NCBI GenBank assembly: GCA_011109175.1
Contig: RDEW01000009.1
Coordinates: 878,227-942,226 of the forward strand
Origin: Dicyema japonicum
Taxonomy: Eukaryota; Animalia; Dicyemida
Length of the DNA: 64,000 nucleotides
Reading direction: 5' to 3'
The notes beneath the pieces were generated by a model. It saw only the letters and a program-made list of their open reading frames with translations, searched no databases and was not told the origin of the DNA. A program made the translations under genes and the position numbers. Positions 23,088-37,000 of this stretch are shown here, piece by piece (position 1 is the stretch's first letter; each line of letters opens with the position of its first letter).

Positions 23088-26000
23088 TCAGTTGAGGAAG
23101 CCTGCTGCGTGGATTGCGAACGAGTTCCCTCGGAGTATGGCTATTCCTATCTTTTGTCTTAGCCATAACCCTTCTCGTTGATCCCTTTTCTTTCTGGCAA
23201 GCAATCCTCCGAGTTCTTGCAAGAATTCAGCCGTCATTGGACCAACGGCTCCCGATGATTCGGTCGCAACAGGAGTAAATCGGTAGCGATCCCCGAGGCA
23301 AGAATATTTCTTGATTTTTAGGTTTTCCGCAGTCGAAGCAGCTGCTCCAGGTGTCTGAACCGATTTGAAAATCTTCGTGCTTGAGAACTTGTCTACACAA
23401 GTTGCGTCCCAGACCAAAGATCTTCCAGACGTGAAGGGGAAAAGGGTCATCCCGTCAGGTCTCTTCCCATCTCCTCTATCAAGACCCACTGGTTCAAGCT
23501 GTGCTGGGAAGCCTGTAGCCTTCAGAGCTCTGACGATCACATCGTTCAGAGCAGCATGACGTGGTCACCTTCCGGCGCTTCTTCTGCAGGACAGCGGGTG
23601 CAATCCTTTCGCATCGACTGTTTTCCCGCATCGGCATCGGTGCTCCTGGAAAACGTCTAGTCCCAGCCTTTGTCCGATTCCAATCCTCAAAGAATCGTCG
23701 TCCAAAAAGGTCCCGAGGTTTGGGCAAGGTATTGCACCAAGCCATGCTCCACTCCCTCTACTTGAAGCTGACACCAAACAAGCCAGAAGATGTTGATTTG
23801 CTTCTTTTTTAAGGTCTTCCAAAATTTTGGAGCAGACAATGTTATCCCAATTACTTTGCTTTGTTGTGTCTTCGGGGATTTTGAATCCGGACCCGTTCCA
23901 TTTCCGACAAGCTTTGTCAAATGACTCATTCCAGCGAAGTCCAATAGTGTTATGAAGGACTTGCCGTGTCAAATGGCTGCAGCTTGAGAGGGACGATAGA
24001 TATGCCGGGTACGCAACCTCCAGCGCCGATCTTAGACCGACACCCCCAAATCCAGAAGGAAGCTTACATTGTTTCCAACCAAGTTCGCCGAAGCGGACGT
24101 TAATTAGTGATTCAACAGTTTGCTTGAGAGATTTGTCTATTGAAAGTAGTGTCGTATTGTTCGTAGCAGGGTGAACATCGGAGTAGATATAAAAGCTTGG
24201 GTAGTCCGATGTTGTTTCTCATCAGGAAGAAGGATGTGTGAGAGTCGAGACATGACAATCTTTTCGCAAGGCGTGTTAATTCTTCATTTTTGGAAAGTAG
24301 ATGCTTCTTGAGTTCTTCTTCGCTGAGTGGGCATCCGAGGAAATATAATTTATCAACTGGCACAGTCGGGATCCCAGGAAGCAGTTCGTTAAAAGACTCC
24401 TTGATAGAGAGGAAGTCGGTGTATGGATATGAGACATTTATTAGCTCTGATTTGTTAACATTAATGTCCAAGCCCAAGTGTTTTAAAGCGGGTAACGCTT
24501 TACGTAATGAATTGTATGTTTCCTTGAACGATCCTCCAATTGTGGCATCGTCGAGGTACCAGAGATTTAGCTGTGCATCAATTGATCTCACAACATCATC
24601 AATGGTCAGGGTAAATAAGAGAGGTCCGAGCGGATCTCCTTGTTGGACACCCGTTTTTGATTTAATAATTTCATTTTCAAAAACCAGAGACGTATCGTCC
24701 CCATAAGATAATTTGACAAGAGGGAAAAGCTTTGGAGCCCTTTTCCAACACGTTTTCATAATTTCATCTCTTCTGAGAGAATTGAAGGCATTCGTTATGT
24801 CCAACTTGATTCCAATGCATTCATTTGAAATATTTTTCTGTGTGAAGAAACGCTTTTCTGCATGAACCGCAGCCTCACATCCGTTCTGGATACTAACACC
24901 CATTTGTTTAACAAAGAACTCTTCTCCGAGTTGTCGGCTCACCAGGGTCGATTCTACTTTTGCTGCAAGTTTTCTAAAATAGTTCCCGACCGCAATGGGG
25001 CGGATTCCTCCGTTGGGTTTTTTGAAAGCAAGTAGCCTTGCGGAGAAGAGCAATTCTCTGGCATATTTTGGAATGTCGCCGTTAACCATTTTTCTGATTA
25101 GGTCCGTAATTGATTTGACAAGACAGCGTCCAGCTTCCGAGATGTAAGTGGACGTAAGGTCCTTAATATAGCCAGGACGTAACTCTTCCAAGCCTCCACC
25201 GCTGCTAGCGGCGAAGGAAGTTATTCCGTGGCGCACTTCGGATTCGGTAATGATGATCTCCTGGGTTCCTTCAGGATTCAAAAACTTTTCATAGTCAGTC
25301 GGTGCATCTGGATGCTTTAGTATTAAGATATTTAGGACCTCGGGGGTACAAGACAATACTGTGTCATCGGATGTGATAACCCGTAAGGTTGCCCGCACGT
25401 CGCCTTCCAAAAGTTTCCGGTTTACTCTCTCCTTTAGTTTGTTAAGGGCATCTTTGATGAATGCTCCTCTGGTTTCGACCTCATTGACATTAAGTGGATG
25501 TTCAAGTATTGCGTGTATGTTATGACAGCTAAAATTCATTATGTTTCGTTTCAGTTTCCCGGATAAGTTGAGTCGGGAGTTTGTTTCTTTATTATTGTCC
25601 TCAGATTCATTTGTAGGTATTCCGAGTGCGACATGTGCAAAGCATATAAGTTTTAGCCAGGATTCCCAACTGTCAGAGATATTGCGTGATCATTGGCATC
25701 TGAAAGACACGTTGCTGCGGCAATTAGTACTCATTTAGGGATTTTTACTGGATCTTCATGGCTTTCCTGAGGTTCGAGATATTCAAAGAGTATGGTCTGT
25801 GGCAGTGTAAAGTTTGGCTGAGTTATTTTTTCCCGCCTGGGGGCCTCCATTCCAATACAAGAGGGACACAGCCAACTCGACAGCGTCTCGGCGCAAGCTT
25901 TGCTCATTTTTATGCAGCCCAGATGGACGAATGATTCACATTGTGTGCAGTTAATCCCATATTTCCTGATATTCGATTGTCCACATAAAAAACATACCTG

Positions 26001-26100
26001 ATTTGTCCGTACTGGATTTGTTCCTCGTACTTTGTCTTCTTTTCGTTCTTTATTTTCCATCTGAGATTTTTGTTGATCACACCACACCACTTTATAAACG
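23088..26100 (-). mobile_element. Near-full-length CRE-clade non-LTR retrotransposon (PHD finger, RT, zinc knuckle, REL endonuclease) with a few frameshifts and stops
   Basis: KKPNGGIRPIAVG, GVQQGDPLGPLLF, WYLDDATIGG, CRCG...HPLSC, RPDGMTLFPF..GRSLVWDATC and IAILRGN; C4HC3 finger in ORF 25731-26090. Confidence 0.9.
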
Positions 26101-26148
26101 TCAAAAGTAAAAAATGGTATTTATGGAAACTTTATATAAAATAATCAG

Positions 26149-27665
26149 TTAATTTATCCCCAGTAAAGCATATTTAAAACTGCCATCCATCCAAAGTGGA
26201 CCCGCCGACATTATCGACGTTGCGTTGCCTCTCACGATTGCAACAGAGATCAACTGGAGTAGCTTTTTAGTGTAGCTAAGCGTCCAAGTTTCTTTAGGAA
26301 GCGAAGCGATTTTCCACTTATTCCTCCAGTTGTCTCGACCACTATCGGATAAAACGCGAATCGGTCGCGTAGCGCTTCGTACTTCTTCTCCTTTGCCATC
26401 ATCGTTTTCCGCGGAATACAGTGTGTCTACCGCGCTCCGACAATGTTGGACGGGCAAAGCGTGTCGACACAAGTAGCGTCCCAGACCAAAGGTTTCCCCT
26501 CTTCGAATGGGAAAATTGTGATCCCGTCGGGACGTTTTCCGTCTCCTCTGTCCAGACCAACAGGTTCTAGTATGGCTGGGTATCCCGCACACTCCAGGGC
26601 TCGCTTGACAATTTCCGTTGATCGCCTTGTGTCTTGGGAATCGTCCTGCACTCCTTCGACAAGAGAGGGCATGGAGTCCATAACAATCGACGGTTGCGCC
26701 ACATCGGCATTTGTGGTCCGGCAAATCTCCAGTCCAAGTCTGGTGGAGATGCCGATGCGGACAGTATCGTCGTCAAGATGGGTCCCGACACTGCCAACTG
26801 GGAGTGCATTGATCCATGCGCGCACTCGATTCGCATCTTCCAGTGACTAGACATGCACGTCTGTGTTGGTTTGATTGGTTCAGAAGCCTCTCATATTTAT
26901 CCTCGCAGATGGTCCTGTAACGATCTTTTGCTGTCAGGCATCATCCCCTTCAAATGCTCCATCTCTGTGATTTCAAATGATTCTGTTTGGAGTTGAAGAA
27001 TCATCCTGACCAGCAGTCGGCTGGAGCCAAAGAGGATAGATAAGCAGGGCAAGCCAGATCTTTCGTTGAAGGGATTCCCAGTCCGCCCAGGCTAACGGGT
27101 AGGGTCGCTTGGTCCCACCCTTGGTCGTCAAATTTCACATTTGTGATACGTTCAATAGTACTCAGGAAGAGGGAATCGATAGCATCGAGCTGTTGCATTT
27201 TCAAGTAGCAGGGTGCCCCCGAAGAACGTAGTTCAGTTTCTGTGCTGATAAGGCGTTTCTCAGGAGGAATAGGGAGGTGTGTCGTCCAGCATCTCCAGAC
27301 GTCTGAATGTTGTTTTTAGTTGATGTTCTTTTGTTCCTAGAGTGTTACTGATTCCAGCATCAGTAAGAGGGCGTCCAAGTATTTCCAGTTGTTCTGATTT
27401 GGTTTCTGTGGCTTTCGGAATGATCTCTCTGAACATACCAAAGATCAAATCCCATTCAGACTGTGGAAATCCAAAATTGGTTACTTCACACTTATTGGTG
27501 TTTAGAGTTAGGCATAGGGATTCAAATTGTACTATCGAACTTTTCAAACATTCTAGTACATCCTTCGGATGGCCGCCCATAGTTCAATCATCCAAATACT
27601 ATACTCTCAGAGGAGTGGAGCAGTATCCTGTGATACGGGCAATTCCCAGGCTGAACAAGGAGGTT
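26149..27665 (-). mobile_element. Second, divergent CRE-clade element, 5'-truncated within RT
   Basis: LFSLGIARI..V*YLDD*TMGG, ATLPVSLGGLGI, CRCG..HALSC, RPDGITIFPF, LVWDATC and VAIVRGNA. Confidence 0.88.
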
Positions 27666-28077
27666 TATATTCTGGCATAATAACAACCAACATGCCAATA
27701 CTTTTCCTGTAATAAACCTTCCAATCCACTCAGATTGGAGATAAGTATTCATTATCCCTGTCTTATATTTTGGTCAAAACAATAAGTAGAATTTTTGGTC
27801 AAAGGTTGTTTATTGACGTTTGGGTTGTCTGGGTTGTGTAATTAAAGTTTTCTAAGAAAATGTGGTTTATCCAGTCTAACCAGTTCATTGAATAGTTTTG
27901 AAATGACAGTTCAGTAGGTACTAAAACAATTATCCAGATATTGAGTTCAGATGATTTTCCTGTATTAGAGATTGTTCCCTGGTATTGAAATTCTTAGAAT
28001 GTTGTTAACTTTCTCATCAGGAATTGAAAATATTAAAAACTAATAAATGAATAAAGCAAATATCTTAATACAACTAA

Positions 28078-31000
28078 TCAGTTCTTTCTACTAAATCTTC
28101 TAGCAAATGCACTCAAATAACTATTTTCCCTTTTATCAACCGAATTCCTAGTAGTTCCACTCAAATTCGAAATTGAGAAAGAACTCATACTTCTTCCAAT
28201 CTTAGGAATTTTATGTAAATTCTTCAAACTCCTCAAATGTTCCGTACTCTTCTTTATTCTACACGGATCCACACCCTCCATATAATCACTCAGCAGTTGC
28301 CAACCTCCCCCAACACGTACCAACGACTGTCTCATTAGTCACCTTCAAATACTTTACTGTAGACCCAATCTACAATATTTCAACACACCACCTTATACTT
28401 TCCCTCAGACATATATCTGTACTCCACCCGCCGCGAACACACACATTTAGAAAGCTCCTCAGCTATCCCAGAGTCCAAAGCGTCCTTTCCCAACGCCTGA
28501 TCCATCTGTACTTTCACATTCCTCGTTGTTTTTCCATGCAAGATGGCGTCCACAATAATCTTGTATTCCAAATCCTCGCAAGATGACCCACCGAACAAGG
28601 AGAAAATCGCATTCATCTCTCCCCGGGGACTCACAAGGCCTAAATTTTCTACAAAAGAGACCGGCTTTAATGTGACCACTAACGAATCGTTCTCTGGTAA
28701 TCCGACCTTCCTCCTTAGAGTCGTTCTTCCGGTAAAAGTCGAGAATTCTCAATTTCTTTTCTTTAAGCCAACTCAAATAACGAGTCCGCCATGCCTGGAA
28801 GTCCACGTGGTCAATATTTTCATACTAAATTGTGATGACAAAAATACCCTTCCACATTCATCAATGGCTTTCTGTAGGTTGAACAAATATTCAGTGGAAG
28901 ATTTACGGACAGATTTCCAAAGAGAGTAAATTTTGGAGGGACTTCCAGTAGCCCTACTAAATTGTAAGGTTTTAATACTCATTGGGGAAGCTGGAGAAGG
29001 AACGTTCAAAGATCTCGTTCATATTTGCATATTAAGAATTCAGTTCATCGTGAAATTCCTTGGAATATTATATAGAATGATACTTCATGTTTCTTCAAGA
29101 GCTGGTTCAATGTGGAGAGGTCACAAGGCAAATCGAACTTTGTCTTCTCACTCAAAAATCCCTTAGCATCCATCAGCCAGTTGGTCAGTTCTTCCATCTC
29201 CATTGTGTCCTTCCTAGCCTTATTGAAATCTCTATTCAACTTCTCTGTCCTCTGTTGTGCTTTTTGTACAATCTACATGACAAATCAACCCACCTGATCC
29301 CAACTGGCACAACTTATGGTGTAGTCGTATTTCACAAACCTGACAGCATTGGGGTGAATGTTCTCCCTTATTGTCTCAGTAATCTCTTTCAAATAATCTA
29401 TTTTCTTCTCTTCATCAGCCAAACATTCTAGAAAGTTCTATAATAATCTAGACGTCACACCTCGTGATTATGAATAGCAGACAGCAACTGTTCGTTGTCG
29501 TTATAAGTTGGTTTCACTCTGAGGACTTGCTCAGCTACCTGAATCACTTCCTTGGCGTATTCGACCCCGTTTTTCAGTTCCTCTGCCTCAAAATAATTCA
29601 CAATCTCAACCAGTTCCAATGCTTTCTCCAAGTTGCTCTCCCTAACAGTCATCAAAGTCTCCACTCTCTCGTAAATTGAGATCATCTGCTTGTAGGAAAT
29701 AGAGTCTCAGGGGAATACTCATCCCTCTCAATTTCTCCAATAGTCTCTTCTTTAGTCTCCACTTCCTTTGCCATTCCCTAAAATTACCACTGAATTTTCA
29801 CCTGGTATTGCTTCCACCAGCATCTGTTACAGTGTTTGAGGTCCCCAAAGAGACAGTCATTTGTCGAAAGCAAAAAACTTTTCAGCGTCAAGAACCAATT
29901 AATGAGGGAATCGATGACCTCGTTGTTCCCATGTGTCCAGAGTGGTCGACTCAATCTCCGTTAAGCCTGTTTCTTCACACAAACAACCTCTTTTCTAATA
30001 ATGATTTTCCTGACTACTCGAAAAATTCGTTTTAATTTTTGACTCCTTTTTCGTTTAAATTGCACTAAAAGATCTCTCAAAAATTGATAGTTTTGGTCCA
30101 GAGTTGTCATTTTTGTCACGATTTACTTATATTTTCTTCAATCTCCCTTATAAAATCAGCAAATTCTTCAATTATTGATCATTCTCTAATAATTCAATTA
30201 ATACCTCTGCAGTTATCCCAGTGAACCAAAGTCCTCCACGACTGAATACCCCACACGGACTCTCACAGTATATCGCCTCCAGTCCAACCTGTGCATACAA
30301 CCTTAGGATCTCTTTAATCTCCTCAATTCTACCCACAGGCCTGGTCACAAATCTATATTGACTATTCAAGTCACCTCTTTGGCCACAAAGATTCACTATC
30401 TTTCTCCAACAATCCCTCCACGTGAGATAACCACTTGGCAAAGGACTTACTCTCTCATTATAAAGTGAGCAGTCCCCATTATTAATTATCCCATCTTTCT
30501 TAGTCGAATTAAATTATCGGACTAATTTCAAATTTGGTGATGTGACAATTTGTTCATATATTTGATTATTCTTTACTAATATAACATAATAGTAGTCATT
30601 CAGTTTCCTCATGTTGCCACTGCTACGACTGATCCAGACTCTGCTATATATTTAATATCCTCATGGCAGAACCCCAGTTGTTCCTATTTATAAGGCGATA
30701 ACCTTTTTTTGGTTGAGGTGGTGACGTCCCTCTATAGCACATATGTCTAATACGTATTTGAATAATCCTTTCTGGTTTTCTACCCTTACCTTCAATGCCA
30801 GGGGCCTTAATGACTGGTCGAAGAGGCACCAACTATGTCTAAACCTTGCAAAATATCGATGCTCTGTTTGCTGTCTCCAAGAGACGAAGCTCAGAAAAGG
30901 ACTCGATGAAAACCTTGGAGACTACAGACTAATCCTCCTTCCATCGTACTGTAAACACTATGGACAGGGTTTCGCTGTTCACAAGAATTTGCTCCCCAGA

Positions 31001-34000
31001 TTACATCGATATTGGAAAATTGATGACAGGATATGTGTTATTCAATTTCTTATTGGACCCAAAGGGAAGTCCAGGCAACTAATTTCCATTGTGAACGTGT
31101 ACGCCCCACATAGTGGCCGTGTTGCCAAAAACCCAGAGGAATTGGACGTTTTCTACGAAGAACTTGTCGAGGTCGTATCTTCTCTGAAGTTTTCATCGTT
31201 CCTCTTTATCGCTGGTGATTGGAATGCTAAAGCTGGGGTACATCAAGGACACGAACGTTTTATTGGACCACATGGAAGGGGGATCAGGAACTATTCTGGT
31301 ACTGCTCTGGCATATTTCTGCGAATCCTTTGATTTATTCCTGTGCAATACTCAATTCCAACATTCCGCACGCCACAAGACAACGTGGATGGGCACTAGAC
31401 TATCGACCACCGGAAATCTGATAAGGATTTATAATCAGATCGATTATATTCTGTGTCGAGTAAAAGACAAATCTCTCTTACGGGACTCGAGATCTTATGG
31501 AGGACTAACTGTTAACAGTGATCACAAAATTGTGTCAGCAAGATTCAGCTTAAGACTTGGTCCAACTGCGGAGGAGTTCCTCTACGGGATAACTAATAGA
31601 AGATGCTTCTTCCAAACACATCGTGGTGGAGATTCCACGCGATCAAGAAGGTATATGACTGAACTCTTGGGCTCTTCACCAAAAGTACAAGCAGACTATA
31701 AAGAATGTGTATCGGATTCAATTAATAATACGGCATCGGATCTTTCACCAGGAAAGGCATGGCTCGAAACTATGAGAGGGATCATTTCCGCTGCTGACAA
31801 ACATTTGGGGGAACTTAAACCCCATAGCAGTCAGCGTCACCCGGAAGTGTCAGCCCTATTGAATTTGCAGAAAAACTTAAGGCTTAGATCCGAAAATATT
31901 GTCGATCCTCAGACTGTTTGCAAACTGAAACAAGAACGAAGGCAAATTGAGAGAAAAATCAAACTCCTAAACAGACTACATCACACTAGTCAGTTGGAAA
32001 GCAAGATCAGAGAGGTAGAAAACCTTAAAGACAATGCTGCGACATTCATGGCTATACGACTAATACGGAGGAAGAGCCAATCAGTGAAACTTATTTTGCA
32101 TGACAGAAATGAAAAAACAATAGGAAAATGTTGCAGAAGACCTCCGGAAGTATTACAACAATGATATTATGGAGATCGTGTATGCCGATGATGTTGACTT
32201 TATCTCGACTGACTAAGAAGCACTCTTACGTCTCTTGGAGGTTGCATCAGGCTGTTTGGCCAAATGGTGTCTATCACTGAATGTTCAGAAAACGGATATT
32301 ATTGAAATTAAGCGGATGGAACTACGCAATAGTGAATGTTGGAGGAAGACCGTAAAGCTTGGCTCTCTTCTCGGAGACTCCGAAGACATTGCAAGAAGAA
32401 AATTGTTATTTACGGTTACTATGCAAAAACTTATGAAATGTTGGATAAGAAAATGCTCGTTCGGGCCATCACTCCGACTCAGGTTGTATGAGGCGTTCGT
32501 GAGGCCCATACTAACATACAACTCTGGGACGTGGGGAATTTCGAAAACGGACGAACAAAACCTTGACTCCTTTCACAGAAGGCAACTTCGGTCTTTCTTG
32601 GGACTAAAGTGGCCAATGCGTGTAGGGAGTGAAAATTTATATAGAAGATGCGGTTCCGGACCTCTGAGCACCATGATCATGAAGGCTCGCTGGAGATTGT
32701 TTGGCCATATTCTCAGATTGGAACAAGACACGCCAGCAAACGTCGTCATGGAAGAATACTTCGATACGTCATGGGAGAAGTTCAGAGGTCGTCCAAGAAT
32801 AACTCTTCCGGAAGTCCTTAATGGTGATCTGAGATCAGTAACCAGACTACTAAAGGACGGTGAAGACCTTAGTAGTCTGCGGCACTTGGCATCGGACAGG
32901 ATGGGATGGAAAGGCTAATTAAGAGGATTGTTCAGACGCGGCACGAATAGAATTATAGTTTATATGATTCTATATAGTTGCTTATAATAATAATAATAAT
33001 AACCTTACCTTTGTCCAGTAATAGGCATAATAGAGTCCCTCAATATCAGGACGCGTTGGACCATAATGTCCTTCAATATTGAGGCTTAAGTTCGCATCTA
33101 CGTGGATATTAAATGATTTTGCGGTACTAATGACTTTCTTTATTTCGGGGGACACTTCACTGTGCTCAAACCACGTGCTATTCTCCGAAGCCGTTATTTG
33201 AGACTACGTTACTTCTTATAATAATACATTCAAATAAATATCAGTTTTTGAATTATCCTCACACGTGGGTTGAGTATGACTGTTAACAGCAGAATTTCAT
33301 TGCATTCATTTACCGAGTTTTTAATGCAAGGCGGTTGGGAATATACTTTGATATCCCGACATAGTCCACATAACCCACGTGTCTGAGCCTTGACAAAGCC
33401 AATTCACAGACTCCATTGCCACTACGAAAGAAGTTCTAAATGTCAATAAATAGGAAACTTTCAATTTCGTAAACTGGCCGTGATAGGTCAGCCCACTCAC
33501 ACACTGCCTCTTCATATCGAAACTGCAAGTCTTCTTCACTTAGACAGAGGACGTCTTCAAAGCAACCGTTCATAAACGTAAAATTCCGCTGAAATGGAAA
33601 TCACGAAATTCTCAAGGATTCCAACATTCTTTAAAAAGAGAGAGTTACGGTCAATGATTTTTATTTTCTGAGCGAAATTTCTCATTTTCTCGTGTAAGGA
33701 CTATTTTAAAAAAATTCGAAAACGTTATCGAGTTCACTTAGTTTCTTAATTCGAGAATTGAGTAGATTCAAATAGGCTTTAGAATGATCAAGCAGTATCT
33801 GGAACTAGTCTACTATCACTTGACAAAAAATTGAGTATTCAGAAAAAAATTGGTCGGTTTTTGCAAATTTTACTCAATTTTGCTATCACATGAGTCAACT
33901 CGGGTTTAAATGTTCAAACTTAATCGGATATATTCTAATTTACTTATAAAAAAATACATTTTGAATGTTTATGTAATTATTAATATTTACATGAGATATT

Positions 34001-37000
34001 TGTCCTCCAACGTGTTCCTTCAGAGCATTGGTCTTGTCTTCGATCCACTCTACTCCAGTATTAAAATATTTTCCAGAGTGGCCTCAACTTCATGAAAACA
34101 CGTCATCAATCACAGACTCTCGATTATTGCAGTTTTTGGTCATACCATCAAGGATGAACTGAGAAGGAGAGTTATTCCTGAATTTTAGCATCAAATCTTC
34201 ATATTTACTTTGTGCCTCTGAGAGAAAGAACTTTTAAATTCTAAAATATTGGTGAATAATCTTGTAAATACATCATTAAGTCTTGTTGAATTTTTAGCAA
34301 ATCCAAGTCACATTCAACGTCGACTTATAATTCAATTTAATTCTAATTTTCTAAAAGTAAATATAATAATACCTTTTTACCAATAAATTAATTGTAGAAA
34401 TTGCACAAAAAATTAATTTATTTCTCAAAATAATAAAATTTCCGTTTTCATTGTTTAATGGACAAACCCACTTCAAATGTCAAAATGGTATCAGTTAAAT
34501 CACTAACCTTATCATTAACCTTTTGTTCAATGTCCTAGGATAAATAAGTCATATACAAAGTAATATTTTATCTGCTCTTCTAAGGAATCCTGGGAATTTT
34601 CAAGCTTTACTTTTGAGAACCAATTCAACAGATTATTCATATCAGAAACAATTTGTAGTTTAATTTTGTTGATGTTAGATTCCTTCAAAATTTTCCATTT
34701 ATTGAATAGGTCGTCGTTAATGATTTTATTCTCAAATATTATTTCATTATATTTAATTTGATTTTCCTTTAAATAATTTAATTTTTTAATAAATTGTTTT
34801 CTGACGTCAAATAATTCTTTGTGTTAATTATTAGTTCCTCCAAGGGTTTAACTTTTTGATGACTAAAGACTAATAAATTGATTTTAAACTTTTTTGTTTC
34901 AATTTCTTTCTTTGTCTGAGTCATCCTAATCAAGTCCTCAATGAAATCTGAAAGAGCTCTTCCACTGGCCAGCTCTGTGTACAACCTGTTGAATAAATCC
35001 CTAAAGTCTATTTCCGGTTTCATCCTTTCGAGATCTTCGAGTTTCATTCTTAAATTGTCCAGATATTCTAAGTCTTCAGACACGCTCCTTCCAACGTGTT
35101 CAATATCCGTCAATATTGAGTCGACATTATCACATGTCTCCACTTCTTTTGATAGTTTGATCACATGAGTTCTCTGTTTTAGTAACCTCGCTTTGACTTC
35201 AGCCAAGTTAGCTACATGGGGACCGACTTTTAAGCTTTCTCTTTCCGAGAGTTTCTTTTGAGTAATTGCGTCCAAATATTCTGTCAAAGTCTGATAGCGC
35301 TTGAGCAGCCTCTCAAAGAATGATATTGTCGAATGGTGAAAGACTTTGTCCATAAAGCCTCCCCACTTTGAGATATTCTAATATTATTTATATTTCCATG
35401 GATTTATGAAATAAATGACTACCTTCAAATTATTTTTTAATTCATTATATTCATTATTATATTCTTCAAATAAATGTTAGTTTTTTTTCGATTATTTTTA
35501 ACTCTTCTAAACTGTCAGATTTGCTTTCTAACAGTTTGACGTCGTTTTCAATTGAAAGAGCACGTTTTTCATGGTCTTTAATGTATGAATTGAATTTGGA
35601 AAAGGATTGTTTTGTGAGCTCTAAGGCTTCTTTTATTTCCTTTAGGTATTTGATTGTCTAAGTTTATAGTCATTAGTACATCGGAAAATGATGCAAAAAT
35701 TTTTTCTGGCAAACCTATTGAATAATAAATTGAGCGCGCAAATTCGGTCAATTCTTTTATTTTCGGTTCGATGTGGTGTTTCTAAGAATATTAAATTGAT
35801 CATACGTCTATTTCTAGTAAATCTTTTATGGTTGCAATATTTTCTAGAGATAATTCTTCTGTTGTTATTTTAGACAAGAAAGTATTCAAAAAAGAGAAAA
35901 CCTCCTCGTTATTTTGACAATAATAGGCAACTTTCGTATTATAATCACAAAAAAGTTGACAATTTCCAACAAAATTTAAAAACTCTTTAAAGAAGATCGA
36001 CTTGTTCGATATAGATAGCACTTGTTTATATTTAAAAAGCACCAAATTTTCTATTTTATCAGAGATCAGCAAGTCCTTGGTGCAAACAAAGCAGGGTCTC
36101 TTAGCCAACGACAAACCAAATTTATCAACCAATTTCGTGAGCATCTTAATCTCCATATTTTCCTGTTTAAGTTCATATCCATTAAGTCTCGCAAAATAAG
36201 CGAACGTTGCCATTTCGCGGCTTTCAGAATCCCAACAGTAAACCCCCCACGGACAAACCGTTGAAAGTCTCTCGATATCCTTCAGGAAAAAAGCCATGCT
36301 GACGAGTTCCACAAATAAATTTAGAGTTTGTTCTTCCCATTGATCTTCTTTGAGACCAAATGATTCAATTAAAGGTCTGGACTCCCCTGTGTCCTGTTGA
36401 ATAGTAAAATAAGTCATATTTATGGATATGTTCATTAAGGCCTCCTTCACGGTCAAATTAGTTTTTTCCGTTAAAAGTCTTTGATCAATAATCGGTCGTA
36501 GTACGGAAAGCGCAAAAGACTGAGTTACCAAATCATCCGGGACAAAATTATCAGTAATCCATCTGGTCTGGTCAAATGATAGGGTATTCAAGAAAGTAAG
36601 TGAACAAAGAGATCCCCAGCCTTTGTGATACCTCATGTCACCTCCCACAGTCGTAATGAATGTGGATAAATACTCTTGGAGATTATCAAAAGAGATTTTT
36701 TTATAAGCATAGGCTTTTTGCACCGAGCAGACACAATCCTCATTAACGAAGAGGAGCGGATCTATAAAGATACTGAACCCACGTGGGTCTCTTGTCATTT
36801 GTGACATTTTCTTGTTAAGGGGTAATATCTTCAATAAGATCCTTGTAGGACAATCCTCAAAAAAAATTTGTGAATCGCCACAATTAATGAAAAGGTCTGA
36901 GTCCTCCCAAAATAGGAAATTATTTTCAAAGGCTTGCTTTATCTCACAAAACTGAATCTCAGTATTCGGGGAGATCTTTACTTCAAAATGATTCTTTTGT

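Noticed and set aside
27670-28070. piggyBac-like relic (TQYLDNCFSTY on the minus strand)
   Set aside because: A single weak motif amid many stops, with no TTAA-flanked termini seen.
24290-28929. Long plus-strand ORFs (e.g. 24290, 26443, 27342, 28543)
   Set aside because: Antisense shadows of CRE and spectraplakin coding sequence.
30600-30740. HDV-like ribozyme in the RTE 5' UTR (TCCTCATG twice)
   Set aside because: P1 and P3 pairings could not be built by hand; a covariance search would be needed.
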